A DNA stretch of 63,911 bases, counting the filler, from Dimargaris cristalligena (taxonomy: Eukaryota), in the NCBI GenBank assembly GCA_003614675.1. It is 5 parts of 5 records of this genome, joined end to end, with 100 filler letters (N's around TTAATTAATTAA, not from the genome) between each part and the next. Parts side by side here need not be neighbours in the genome. Positions count along the whole stretch, not along the records: positions 25,828 to 38,623 come from ML003027.1; 4 more parts are not named here. One strand, given 5' to 3'. This document shows, one piece after another, positions 25,728 through 36,815 of this stretch (position 1 is the first letter of the stretch; every line of letters starts with the position of its first letter). A model generated the notes under the pieces. That model saw only the letters and a program-made list of their open reading frames with translations. It had not been told where the DNA came from and did not search any database. A program made the translations under genes and the position numbers.

Positions 25728-25827
25728 NNNNNNNNNNNNNNNNNNNNNNNNNNNNNNNNNNNNNNNNNNNNTTAATTAATTAANNNNNNNNNNNNNNNNN
25801 NNNNNNNNNNNNNNNNNNNNNNNNNNN
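25728..25827. other. Artificial contig linker
   Basis: 44 N + TTAATTAATTAA + 44 N. Confidence 0.97.
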
Positions 25828-25884
25828 AATGGAGGAAAAATGACCATACTCGTCAGGGGCAGGGGCAGGGGCTCATTCACTCAT

Positions 25885-25955
25885 CAGGGGCGTACTTCCG
25901 ATAAGTGCGAAAAATAGATAAAAATAAAAGTAAGTAAAAAATGTGGTAAGTTCAC
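25885..25955 (+). mobile_element. Repeat family B fragment (possible hAT-like terminus CAGGGGCGTAC)
   Basis: Near identity to 12916-12980; begins CAGGGG. The superfamily assignment is a guess. Confidence 0.55.
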
Positions 25956-26078
25956 CACACTGTATAATAAAAAATCCATTGGATGAGGCCAATATTACTG
26001 GTTAAAAGTTATTCTTATATATATTCATCTATACATGTATTATGTAATACCTTATACAGCTGGTTTGAATTTCTTCCA
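25956..26078 (+). mobile_element. MITE family A, diverged copy
   Basis: CTGTATAATAAAAAATCCATTGGATGAGGCCAATATTACTGGTTAAAA...CCTTATACAGCTGGTTTGAATTTTCTTCCA|TA. Confidence 0.75.
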
Positions 26079-26279
26079 TATATACTCACTCCTCCTATAT
26101 CTGACTAGTAAGTGTGCCAGCTGTACATCCCTTACATATACCTACTATAGCCTTTATTAATTATTACCATATCTATACCTGATACTAGTAGCCTACTTGG
26201 GCAAGCCTAAGCCCCACCTACCATTAAAAGCCTATCCTCAGGACTCTTGAGGGACTAAGAGTGATGAACCCGGGTGACA
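26079..26279 (+). mobile_element. LTR-like fragment ending GTGACA
   Basis: Reverse complement aligns with 10161-10365, with mostly transition differences. Confidence 0.7.
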
Positions 26280-26638
26280 CATCTGAAACATTATACAGTT
26301 ACATTAAGCTTCTCACAACTATTTATGGGCACTAGCCTATTTTATCTAGTATCTAAATTGAATGTACCAAAGTATTAAATCATTAGTAGGGTAGCAGAAT
26401 GTTAAATTTTCCAATAAGGAAATAGTGGTGATAGAAATACAGAGAATCATTGAAAGAGGACGGCAACCAAAAAAAATCACTAAGATGCTGGTTTGGGAAC
26501 GGGCTGTGCAGGTGATTCTCAAAGGCACGACGAGTATGGAAAATAATCCAAAGCAGAGGGTGGGTGGTGGGGTGGGATTAGGGGACCAGGGTTCATTGAG
26601 GAGTGGTCCCCTTCCCTTCCCTTTTATTTCCCTTAATA

Positions 26639-27247
26639 TTAGCCATCCTGGGCCTGGTCTTGGGCGATGAGCCGCAAGGCAGCCACGGTATAGTCCAACA
26701 TGATCCGAGCCTGCTGAACCGCCGACCGTAACTGGGCCGCAGCGAGTTCATTGTCCGCGGCCAAGTCCTCGAAAGCGCGGACCTGTTCCCCGTCGGAAAG
26801 TTCCTGGGGCGGAAGGGCCCCGATGAGCGTATCGATGGTCCGGTTTTGCTGGCACAAATCCGTGGCAAACTCACGCATAAACGTCTCCATGTCCGCGGGT
26901 CGTTCAGCGCGCTCATTGGATTTCGTCACGGGGATCGGCGCCACGGGGCCGGATGTGGTGGTGGTCACGGCCACTAGAGGGGCCCGGGTATGTAAATAGT
27001 CCAGGCCGCTGACGAACATTTGCGACATTTGGTCGATACTGTCTTGCAGTTGGGTAACCCGATCCATGAGGGAATACTCGAGCTCACGGGGTGGGGACTC
27101 CACGGTGTTGGGTGGGAGAATGGTGGAGGAGTGGGATGTGGGGGCGGTGGGAGCGGATGCGGAAGCGGAGGGGGGGACAGAGGTGGTAGTGGGAGTAGTA
27201 GTAGCAATGGTGGTGGTGGACAACGACGAGAACGATGAGCCACTCAT
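26639..27247 (-). CDS. MED21: Mediator subunit Med21/Srb7
   Basis: MDRVTQLQDSIDQMSQMF...FATDLCQQNRTIDTLIGALP...SDGEQVRAFEDLAADNE signature, preceded by a ~59-aa Ser/Thr/Pro extension. Confidence 0.88.
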   Translation of the reverse strand: MSGSSFSSLSTTTIATTTPTTTSVPPSASASAPTAPTSHSSTILPPNTVESPPRELEYSLMDRVTQLQDSIDQMSQMFVSGLDYLHTRAPLVAVTTTTSGPVAPIPVTKSNERAERPADMETFMREFATDLCQQNRTIDTLIGALPPQELSDGEQVRAFEDLAADNELAAAQLRSAVQQARIMLDYTVAALRLIAQDQAQDG

Positions 27248-28874
27248 AAAATAGAATAGCAGCTGGGCCGAAGTAGGGGTGGTGACGGGGGGAAGTGGTG
27301 TTCGGCGAGGAAGAGGCAGATGGGGCCAGGGAGTGGAAGACGTGAAACGTCAGGCATGAACAATGGTAGCAGGAAATGTAGGAACCGGGGAGTAGCGGAA
27401 AGGTGGCGGAGGTGGTGGAGAAAATGGGCAATCGCGGATTCACCTAAGTGAAGGAAATGTGGAAAGAAGGAAAACGGGACACATGAACAAAACTAGCAAG
27501 TGAGGAGCGAATGTCGTGGTAGGCAAAGAGGTCAGTGTAGAAGCTAACCATACCGGGTTGAATGAGAAGCGCCAGTGGCCCGTCTTTCGTGATCCCAAAA
27601 AACCTGAGTAGGTATCGTACAAGTGGAAGACCGGCTGAACATCCTAGAGAGTTATGCACTGATGCATTCCTAATATTGCACAATGAATCTAATGTCACTC
27701 CAAAGTTGCCGTTGTAATGTAAAAATGTGCACCAGGATAATGCACTGCTAAGGGATTTGAATACAACACCCAGCGTTCGCTAGAGAAATCTTGTGGGTAG
27801 GCTAGAAGCCCAAGAGGTTGAGTGTGAATAATCGGATGGTCATCGAGTTGCAGATTGATCAAAGGATAGACCGGTTTTGTAACTATAATAAGATATCCTG
27901 TTTCTAATTCTATTTTTAACCTTCCTATCATCCACTACATTAGTAGGCAATTATAGTCGTTCGGCAGAACGGAGAGAGTGGGTCATAGATGTACAGGAAT
28001 ACCGATGGATGACTAACCTCCCAGAACTTAATGTAGATTGCCGAACAAAACCGTACAATTCAAGATGATCGAGAAGGGTGTTGATTTCGTACCATTCAAA
28101 TCCCTAGAAACCAGCTACCAATTCGTCGGTAGAGTAAGTCCCGGTTTAGGTTTCAAATAGACACGTATAATCAAGTTACCCTACCGTGCATTGGTAACTG
28201 TGAATCCGCAGCTGGAACCAAAGGGTTTTTGAGCCCTAGCTGGGTGATTAAACTATCCAGCGTGAATCTGAAGTAATAGGACATGCAATACTGGTAACTA
28301 TACGCTGAATCTGCTCTGCCATCGCTGACCCCATTTGATCAGTGATTAAAGAAACCCGCTTCTCAGGTATCGGGCTTTGCGCAATACAATCTTTACTATA
28401 ATTATCGTGGTTTCACTTTACATACAGTGAGCACTGAGTAGGACGGTCTGTATTCGGATTACGATAAAAATGGGCACTTGGCAGTATAAGTTAATAGACG
28501 GGGTCGACCAAGTGAGAACGGGTATAGACTCAAGTGAGACATTTGATAAACCCGATAACCTGGTTCATTCTACCGGTTTGGTGCACCTGGGATTTTAACT
28601 AAAACCCTGATTAAGCTAGGTTTGATCACCGTTCGTATTCAGGTAAGGGAAGTAAATACCTTCATACGTTATTTGTTCCCGGAAATACAAGTTTGACTTC
28701 GGCTCTTCCCGATCGACCTGCTTCTTTTAAAGCCCCTACTTTATAGCCCTCAGCTTAGCCCCCTGATAATAGCGGCCTGCTTACCTTTGTCGCCGACACT
28801 GCCAATTATAACACCCCCATAGCTATACCTTTTCGCCACTTAGTCCTGAACTTATCGAGTTCCTGCATTTAACC

Positions 28875-30092
28875 ATGAGTGATTCGACAGTACGGTCACT
28901 GGATTTTGGTGAGGAGGAGCGCCTGGCAAGCACCAAATTCCCCGAGGGCGAGGATGTAATTCTGGACCCCTTGTCCGACTCACCCCTCGAACTTTACGCC
29001 CCCGACCAGGCTCGATACCACCACCGTAGCCGCCCCTTCTCGCGCCTGCTAGTCACCATGTTCGGGATCGTTGCGTTTCTAACCCTAGGCGTGACAATGT
29101 ACAACTCCCATTCCCTTTGGGACAGTCAACAACAGGGCCTAGCGGACACCCGCCTCCTCCAACAAATCCAGGCCAACACCCACCGGGACCCGCCGCCGCC
29201 CCTTAGCCCCGAGGAAAGTCAGCGCCAGCTACTCCAGAACAAAACAGACCACACCGAACAAGTGTTTGGTCACGCCTACATGATTAATCTGGCCAAACGG
29301 TACGACCGTCGCGACTACATGGTCGATTTAATGCGGTACCTCGACATTCCCGTCGAATTCAGCGACGGCACGACCCCCGATATGATCAATTTCGTGCCCG
29401 CGGCGACCAAGGAAAGCAGCCTCGACGACAGTACGCTCGCCTGCTGGCGCAGTCACATGCACATTTACCAAGATATCGTAACCAACGGTTACCCGCGGGC
29501 CCTGATCATGGAGGACGACATTGACCTGACCCAGGATGTGACGGACCGCGTCGAGGAGTACCTCAACCACCTACCCGACAACTGGGACATGTTTTACTTG
29601 GGCCACTGCAGTGTCGGTTATTACGTCGGGCCCATGTACGACACGGCCCACGGCATTCGTATTCTCCGTGGTCCGTGGTGCACCCACGGGTACATGGTGT
29701 CCTTCCGCGGCGCCGCCAAACTTTTACGTCTGCTCCGGGCCCCTACCCAGGCCATCGATGCCTCCATCGCTGATTTGACCGGGCAGGGCCATTTGTACGC
29801 GTTCGCAGCTGAACCCCGGCTCGTGGCCCAGATTCGCAGCAGCGATAACCCGTCCGATATCGCGAATAGCTCGGATACCCTACTGTGGAACGAACTCGAA
29901 TCGTCGGCCCGGCAGGCGATGGAAGAGTGGTTGGAAACGGGCAACTCGACCACTCTGATGCCCCTGGATCCCCCCGAACCCTCGCCGAGCGACCAGGTCG
30001 TTGACACCACCGTGGCTGTGGCTGTGGCCGTGCCCACGGACGCAGTCGCGGCTGTGGTGGACCTGGAAGTCATGCCGGACGACGCTAGTTAG
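28875..30092 (+). CDS. GT25-family glycosyltransferase, type II membrane protein, intronless
   Basis: YMINLAKRYDRR, LACWRSH, LIMEDDID, WDMFYLG, CTHGYMVS..GA.KLL motifs; single TM (LLVTMFGIVAFLTLGVTMY). Confidence 0.85.
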   Translation: MSDSTVRSLDFGEEERLASTKFPEGEDVILDPLSDSPLELYAPDQARYHHRSRPFSRLLVTMFGIVAFLTLGVTMYNSHSLWDSQQQGLADTRLLQQIQANTHRDPPPPLSPEESQRQLLQNKTDHTEQVFGHAYMINLAKRYDRRDYMVDLMRYLDIPVEFSDGTTPDMINFVPAATKESSLDDSTLACWRSHMHIYQDIVTNGYPRALIMEDDIDLTQDVTDRVEEYLNHLPDNWDMFYLGHCSVGYYVGPMYDTAHGIRILRGPWCTHGYMVSFRGAAKLLRLLRAPTQAIDASIADLTGQGHLYAFAAEPRLVAQIRSSDNPSDIANSSDTLLWNELESSARQAMEEWLETGNSTTLMPLDPPEPSPSDQVVDTTVAVAVAVPTDAVAAVVDLEVMPDDAS

Positions 30093-30534
30093 CGTCCGTT
30101 AGGAAATTTACCTCAACCGGGGTTTAATAAATCGTACCACGGATGGCCGTTTTCGGGGCTCATTCAAGAGACCAGGACGCTATCTTATGCGTCCTCCAAC
30201 TACCCCCTTTTTTTATACATCTACTCCGCGGTGCCTTTTGTAGTTTACATTGTTACATCATCCATGGCGCTTTTTTTTATAGAAATAACTAGCCATTATA
30301 AACAAAGCCCATCTATTGACTTACACCATACTAATTGAAAAAGAAAAAAAGAAAATACACCCACCGCCTCAGTTTACTCATATTTTAGTTTAAAAATCAT
30401 TGTACCAAATATAAATAAATAAATAATGGCTGAATATAAAGTGTAAGAAGGGGGAAGGGTTAAATCTAGAATAAACTACCAATCGAATTAAATTCCCAAG
30501 CAAATTTATAGTGGCGGATTATAGTCGCTGGTAT

Positions 30535-31698
30535 CTATTTCTTGGTGTGACTGTTGGGATTGCGTACACCGAAGGGGTTCCGGTTCACGTTGGGAGACTG
30601 CGAGCGCTCATAAGAGCCAGTATCGGTACGCGGCTGTTGGGACCGGTTGGGCTGGGAGGAGTACATGCCGCTGATCGTTTCCCGCATAGTCTGCAGTGCA
30701 GCGTCGTTGAAGCTGACGGCGTCGGGGAAAGCCGGGGAGCCGGGGGCGGTCGAGGAGTTGGCGGAACCGGGGTTCATGCGGTTCAACAGCTGATCCGCCC
30801 GGTGTTCCTGGTTCTGCCGGGCGGCCAGAGGACCGGAGACGACATGGGCCGGGAAACGCGGCTGGTTCTGGTATTGGTTCTGGAAGCCTGCGTAACGCGA
30901 AGTGCTGCCGCCACCGCCGTATTGGCCCCCGAACGACAGCCGTTGGGACCCGCGGAGGGCCTGGCCGACATTGAACTGGGCGTGAATATCACTGGGCTGT
31001 TCGGCCAGCTCGACCAACGGGTGGGATCCCCCAGTCAGGACGGCCTTGCGGACGTAGAACTTGGCCCGTTCGCGGGAGCTGAAGGCGGTGGATTTGTTCA
31101 TACCGGGTTTTATCAGACCTGCGACGAACCCACCGACACCCACAGCGAAACCACTGGCGTCGCGCGACAACATCCGACCGGGCACTTCGGCCTCGGCGGC
31201 CGTGGGGCGGTACTGGTAGTAGCTCGACCCGGTCTGATAGTGCTGGCCGGGGCCGCGCGTGGCCGTAGTCGCTTGCAGGAACTTGTACAAGTCCGTGGGC
31301 AGGTATTCGCCGGACTTGAGGGCCTCCTGCCAGGCCCGCTTGCGGGAACCGGCGTAGGCGAGGAACTCGGACCATTCCGGGGTGGACATGCTGGTGATCC
31401 GCGCCGTCGGGATCGGACTCGGCACTTCGGGCTTCACCTTGGTGGGGAACAGTTGGCGCCACCGGCGCATGTGCAGGACGTTGCTCTGGGCACTTTCGAA
31501 CCGGGTTTGCTGTTCGCGGGAATCGAGGGCTTGGATGTGGACAAGCTTGGTGCGCAGCGCAGGGGGCATGTCCCGTTTCAAACCCCAGGCCCCCTCGGCC
31601 CGCGATTCAGCACCAAAGGCGGTGTAGACTTGACGGATCTTGGGATCGAAGCTGGCCAACCGGGAGGTCCGGTACAGTTTGCCAAAAGAGCTCTCCAT
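30535..31698 (-). CDS. MRP51: Mitochondrial ribosomal small-subunit protein bS1m/Mrp51-like
   Basis: N-terminal F..L.R.SRLAS...QVY...GAWGLKRDMP motif; PGRML...GFAVGVGGFVAGL segment; ATG at 31698. Confidence 0.75.
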   Translation of the reverse strand: MESSFGKLYRTSRLASFDPKIRQVYTAFGAESRAEGAWGLKRDMPPALRTKLVHIQALDSREQQTRFESAQSNVLHMRRWRQLFPTKVKPEVPSPIPTARITSMSTPEWSEFLAYAGSRKRAWQEALKSGEYLPTDLYKFLQATTATRGPGQHYQTGSSYYQYRPTAAEAEVPGRMLSRDASGFAVGVGGFVAGLIKPGMNKSTAFSSRERAKFYVRKAVLTGGSHPLVELAEQPSDIHAQFNVGQALRGSQRLSFGGQYGGGGSTSRYAGFQNQYQNQPRFPAHVVSGPLAARQNQEHRADQLLNRMNPGSANSSTAPGSPAFPDAVSFNDAALQTMRETISGMYSSQPNRSQQPRTDTGSYERSQSPNVNRNPFGVRNPNSHTKK

Positions 31699-33788
31699 GG
31701 TGTGCAAAAAGGAGTATAATATGGGCTATCAAACGGCCAAGGAGGAGTCGATTGATACAAAATAAATGAATAAGGACCGGTGAAGAGGAAGAAAGAGGCA
31801 TATTCAACCACTAAAGGGAATCAGAATCGAATCTACCGGCCTAAATGGGCTACACCAGCCTAGTCAGAAGCAGTACTATGGGGCAGCGATTCGATTCGGT
31901 GGACGACTAATAATGGGTTTTACAATTTCTTGGGGATGTTGACTGAGAACTACAGGTAATATGGGAAATAATGGGAGAAATATTTATTGGCGGTAACTCA
32001 GCCTCTACCAATCGATTGGAGCTGGGGCTGAAATGACATAATAAAACTTGCGTTTTTGGATCGACCATTATTATAATGTCGGACCAGCGGTTTACCAAGC
32101 TATCCGACACGCCGGCTTTCCTTCCTTTGGAATAATTAAAGGAAAAACGGCAAGCACTGGTTTCTTTATGGAGCCCCTAAATTCATTAAAAAATGGTTAA
32201 ATAACAGGTCAACATGTGTGAATTCGATGGTTTATCGCCTCAAATGCGACAAGATACAGACGATTTTGTTTAACGGGCGGTGATCAAAATTCGAGTAGGG
32301 ATACCGAAAATAAAAAGTGAGGCATGAGTATAAACCGTTAGTATCAATATTAAATAACTGGTCTGTAGTGAATCCATATCAGACTCGGCGATGCATAGTA
32401 TACTGCCTATACAAAATACCTGACTAGCAGGAGCGTCAGTCTGTTCAACAGTGGCTGGTTGGGAATTCCGGCCTGACATAAAACACAGTCAGGGATTTCT
32501 TTGGGAATTGCAGTATTCATCGAACCCTATCACACTCCACGGGCCGAGAACCGCTACCCTTTAAGGGTCCAAAATCGGTATCTCGAACCTTAATGGGGAG
32601 TCGCAGGTGTAACATGGGGAACAGGGGGACCGCCCTGACGAAGGCTTAGAGCTTGACCAATCGCTTTTTGAGTTATTGGGGCCATTGTGGAGGTCCATCT
32701 AAGAAAGCATTGCTCACACACTGTGGCCCAGTCCTTAATGCTTAATAGGTATCTAGTATTGCTACAAAACTATAAAAGCCTTAGGGCGTGGTCAGGGGTT
32801 TGACTGAAACTTCCATTTAACACGTAAATTGCCCTACCTACCCGCCCCCGTAATGGACAGGCTGCCCTAAACTAGCAAACTAGTCAGGTGGGTGGACCAC
32901 CTGACGGAGAGGGGACCAGGTAGAGTTGACCCTATAGAGTACGAACGGCGGCCCCCCATTGGTTGGTTCGACCATGTTTACCCTTTCTTTCAACTCCGCC
33001 CTTTAAAAACCCATTCACACAATAACCAGCCGTCATCAAAATGTAAACAGATGACTTGGCGGCCATTTTGCAGCGACAACTAGTATATGATTCTCAATTA
33101 GGAAGCAAGGTTTCGGCTGGACGGCGGCGGAGGCGGTATTTGTATTGCCAGCAATAACTTGTAGAGGACTAACTTTGGTGGGGAAACTACTTACCCAGTT
33201 CCCGCTCACTAAGTAATGTCTGGGTGGCATACTCCGAGGGCCGATGCCACAACAGGTAGGAGCCACACTCTCGGTGAACACAACCCGCTTTCCCCCCTGC
33301 GACCGCTTTTTTTCTCTTTTCCTAGCTTCTTCCACACTTACGCGACTCATTCCTTGTTTAATTGTCTCCGTGTTTTCTCCCCAATTAAGTCCTTAGAACG
33401 TTCTCTTTTACTTTGTCCAGACAAGTCGACTCACCATGGTCGTTTGTTGCCTATGCCTTCGACTATTTTCTTAAAGCCACTCTGGTCAACCATCGCCCAA
33501 TTCAAACACTTCTGCGACCCAAGATACCCCCCAAGCGCTGTCTCTGTGCCCACCGGCTTTCTGACAGCCGCTGCATGCGAGTTCCTCCAGTCTTAATTTC
33601 TTTGTCTAACCCTTCATCTTGTCTCCATAGTTCCTCTTTCCCTCACATTCCCCGCGGAGTTTGAATTCTAGTACCTTTTTACTCTATTATTGATTCTGGT
33701 AGTTATCCTAAACCCCCCTTACTGTTTATTCCGTTAGTAGCACCATTCCTAAGCACTCCGTCTAGCGTTTCCTAGTGCCACTCTCGTC

Positions 33789-36049
33789 ATGTCAAAGCGG
33801 GCACGCAACAGTAAGTATAACGTGACATTCCCTACCGCTTTACCCCGCACATACTGCCAGCAGGGAACTATCGCAATAACGTCTTTGGTAGCCTCAGCCG
33901 ACTCGAACTCTTGAATGCATTCTAACGCGGGTTATCCATTATTTTCCTAACTACCACCGAATACTAAACTATAGATGATGGCGGCGGCTGGGGGTTTACG
34001 GTTGCCCATGTGCAGCCCAAGAAAATCACGAAAATAGTGCACCCGGAACCTATAATAGCCGCCAATGGTCGGTCGCACCCTATACCTTCGGAAATATTGC
34101 CCCAAGTGTCTAAACCCAGGCAATCATCAGCTCTTAATGGTCATCGGGAGGCCCGCCCTGGTAAAGAAAACTCGCGCAACCATCCACCTCCCGATCCCCC
34201 CCTTCAAACGGTAAGAAGCGCAATAATCTATTCTATGAGTTCATGAATACTAAGCACCAGGCCCATGTCCTCGGCACTATACCTGGCTTTACTCACAACC
34301 GATTTCTTTATTGCCCTACGGCTACGAATCACTTTGCCAACCAACTCAACCATGTCGCCGTTCCTTTATTCTGTATTGATTTGTTTGTATAGCAGGGCAA
34401 ACCAAAAATGTCCAGGTCCGCCGCCGAGGAATCCTTGAGGGCGTTACGTAGAAAAACCCAGACGGCCTTGGCCGCTAGCAAACACCAGGATGCTGTAGTT
34501 CCCCTTAAAAATGCCGACTCCCCTCCACCGCCGCAACGAAATAACGTGGCCCGTAATATTCGGCGGCGATCTAGTTTTGCCAATCGTGGCAAACGAGCCT
34601 CATCCCAATCCGGGGGGACCATCTGTAAGTATATCTACCAATTTCCTATTTACGGGTTTAAGTCTAAAATTCCCGCATAAAGGATCGTATTCCATGCAGT
34701 TTAAATTTATCTCCTAACCTGCGGTACCCTCAAACTTGCTTCTGTACCCTATTTTTGCTTGCACGCTGCGGTGAACTACCAACCTAAATACAGTACCTCT
34801 GGACCCGGACATTGACCCAAAGGATTTCTACAAGCACATATCCCCTGACATTCCGGAGCCTCAGCGAATGCGCCAATTGATCGCCTGGTGTATCCCCAAG
34901 GCCGGCCTAGCGTTTCCCAAGAAAATTAGCGACAGTGAGCCGATCAAGCAAAGTAAGTGCCGTATATAATACATTTATTTATCGAAAACTTAATCCTCAA
35001 GTTTCTTTCCACATTTCCACATTTTCATATTTTATTTTTTACCACTTTCCCAACGAACTCCAATGTAATTCGTTTGGTATGATGCTACTGTTATTGGTTT
35101 GACTTTTAATTTCATAGCAATGAAGGAAACTCTTCGACAGATATATAAAGCAATGGTCAATAAGGATATTAGTACATCGTGGTATCATCGGCCGGATACA
35201 TTCAAGGCCGCAGAATCATCAGGGTTCTCCAAAGTCAAGGCTCAACCCGCCCCTCACCCAATCAATGTGTCTAATGTCAAGCGGAAACAACTACTAGAAA
35301 AAACCCTGGAGCGACTTCAGCGGGAGGAGCGGACATGGAGGCGACTTATCCAACAACATCAGGAGCAACCACTGCCTGTCCGGACTATTCCATCCCTTGA
35401 ATCCGCCGACCCATATCCCTTCGATATCGACATTTCTGTATTCAACAAATGCGAACGGCGTTTATGGGACCTCTGTCGGGGCCTAGACGAAAAAAATGTT
35501 AGCACCCCGGTTCTACAACCACTGGCCCTTCCACCACCGGCCACACCCCGCCTCTTGAATAACCCGAGCCAGCGATTAGCACCGACAGTTATTCCGATCC
35601 CGGAGCTCGTCGATCCCGTCGTGCACCCACGAGTTCAAAGCTTAGAGCCCGCCATTGACCAGTTAACACATACCCTTTACGTTACCCAGAAATTCCATGA
35701 GTGTATGCAGCAGTTCGCCGATTCCGTAGCCTCTCAAGTGATTACATCATTCCAGCGGCGTACCGGGCAGCTATCGGTATCGACATCGTCAACGGTGGGT
35801 TGGAACGGGGACGGTCATAGTAGAGTAGTTCAGGCCGAACAGGAACAGCGGGCGGAGTTTATTCTTAGTCGGGATACCACCATGGCCCCCGCCTTAGAAC
35901 CTGTGGCGGCGCCTGTTTCAATGGATGAGGGTGAGTCAAGTACACCTGTCCCGACCACTGATTCTCCTAGTTTAATTGCGCCTATTGATCCATTTTATAT
36001 TCTTAAGGCACTTGCAAATATCCAGCTGGCAGGCCGCGATGACCGGTAA
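33789..36049 (+). CDS. DSN1: Kinetochore MIS12-complex subunit Dsn1/Mis13; exons 33789-33810, 33975-34210, 34393-34624, 34794-34952, 35118-36049
   Basis: RRRSSFANRGKRASS (Aurora B motif), FYKHISPDIPEPQRMRQLIAWC, ISTSWY, PHPINVSN; all introns GT-AG and phase-consistent. Confidence 0.88.
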
Positions 36050-36815
36050 TACTATATATACTATGTCATTAGGCTGGGTTCAAGGGAATACGCAGGTGCA
36101 TAGTATTTTATAGGCTAGGGCTTGGTCCCTTTATTATACACCCATCATTTTATATCTGTCCACCAGTAGTAGTGATACACACGCACACTCTTATTTATAC
36201 TGTTATTCTTCTATAATTACCCGACCCACACATTCTACTTAATTTCATCACTATCCATGGTACTGCAAGCCCATGGCGTAGTCCCCCATCCCCTCTTTTT
36301 TTTTTGCTAGTCCTTAGATATCCCGCATTTTATATGTAATTGTAAACGGATGTATATATAGATATAAATGGTGGAAGTTCAAATCAGACTATATACCGAA
36401 TAATCCGTGAGTTGAGGCAAATTTTGGATTCTTGTCCCCAACATTAATGGCCCCCTCAACACCGAATATCCGTGTCAAGGTAGCCTATCCACCCTCGCCG
36501 TGTTTGAATTAAAACTCCATAGATACATAAAATGAACCCACTAGATTGACGCGCATCAATACGTGTAATTGGCTAGTCCCTGGAATGGGTCGGTAGAATC
36601 GCAACTGCATTTTAATAGGAGGGCTTGAAAGTACTGTGATAAAGGCCATATATGTGGAGTGGGTGGCCGTAGTGATCGTGTATAACAAACCATAGCTTTA
36701 AAGGGCCCAAAAAGGCAAGTAAGAATGAAGAGTGGCAATAGTTTTACATTCCACATTGGGTTAGAGGGGCGCACCTTCAGCGCTACGTGCCATGTTCTAA
36801 AAGCACTCTAATGGT

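Noticed and set aside
30511-31719. 402-aa antisense ORF over MRP51
   Set aside because: Shadow ORF from GC3-rich codon usage; GTG start; no motifs.
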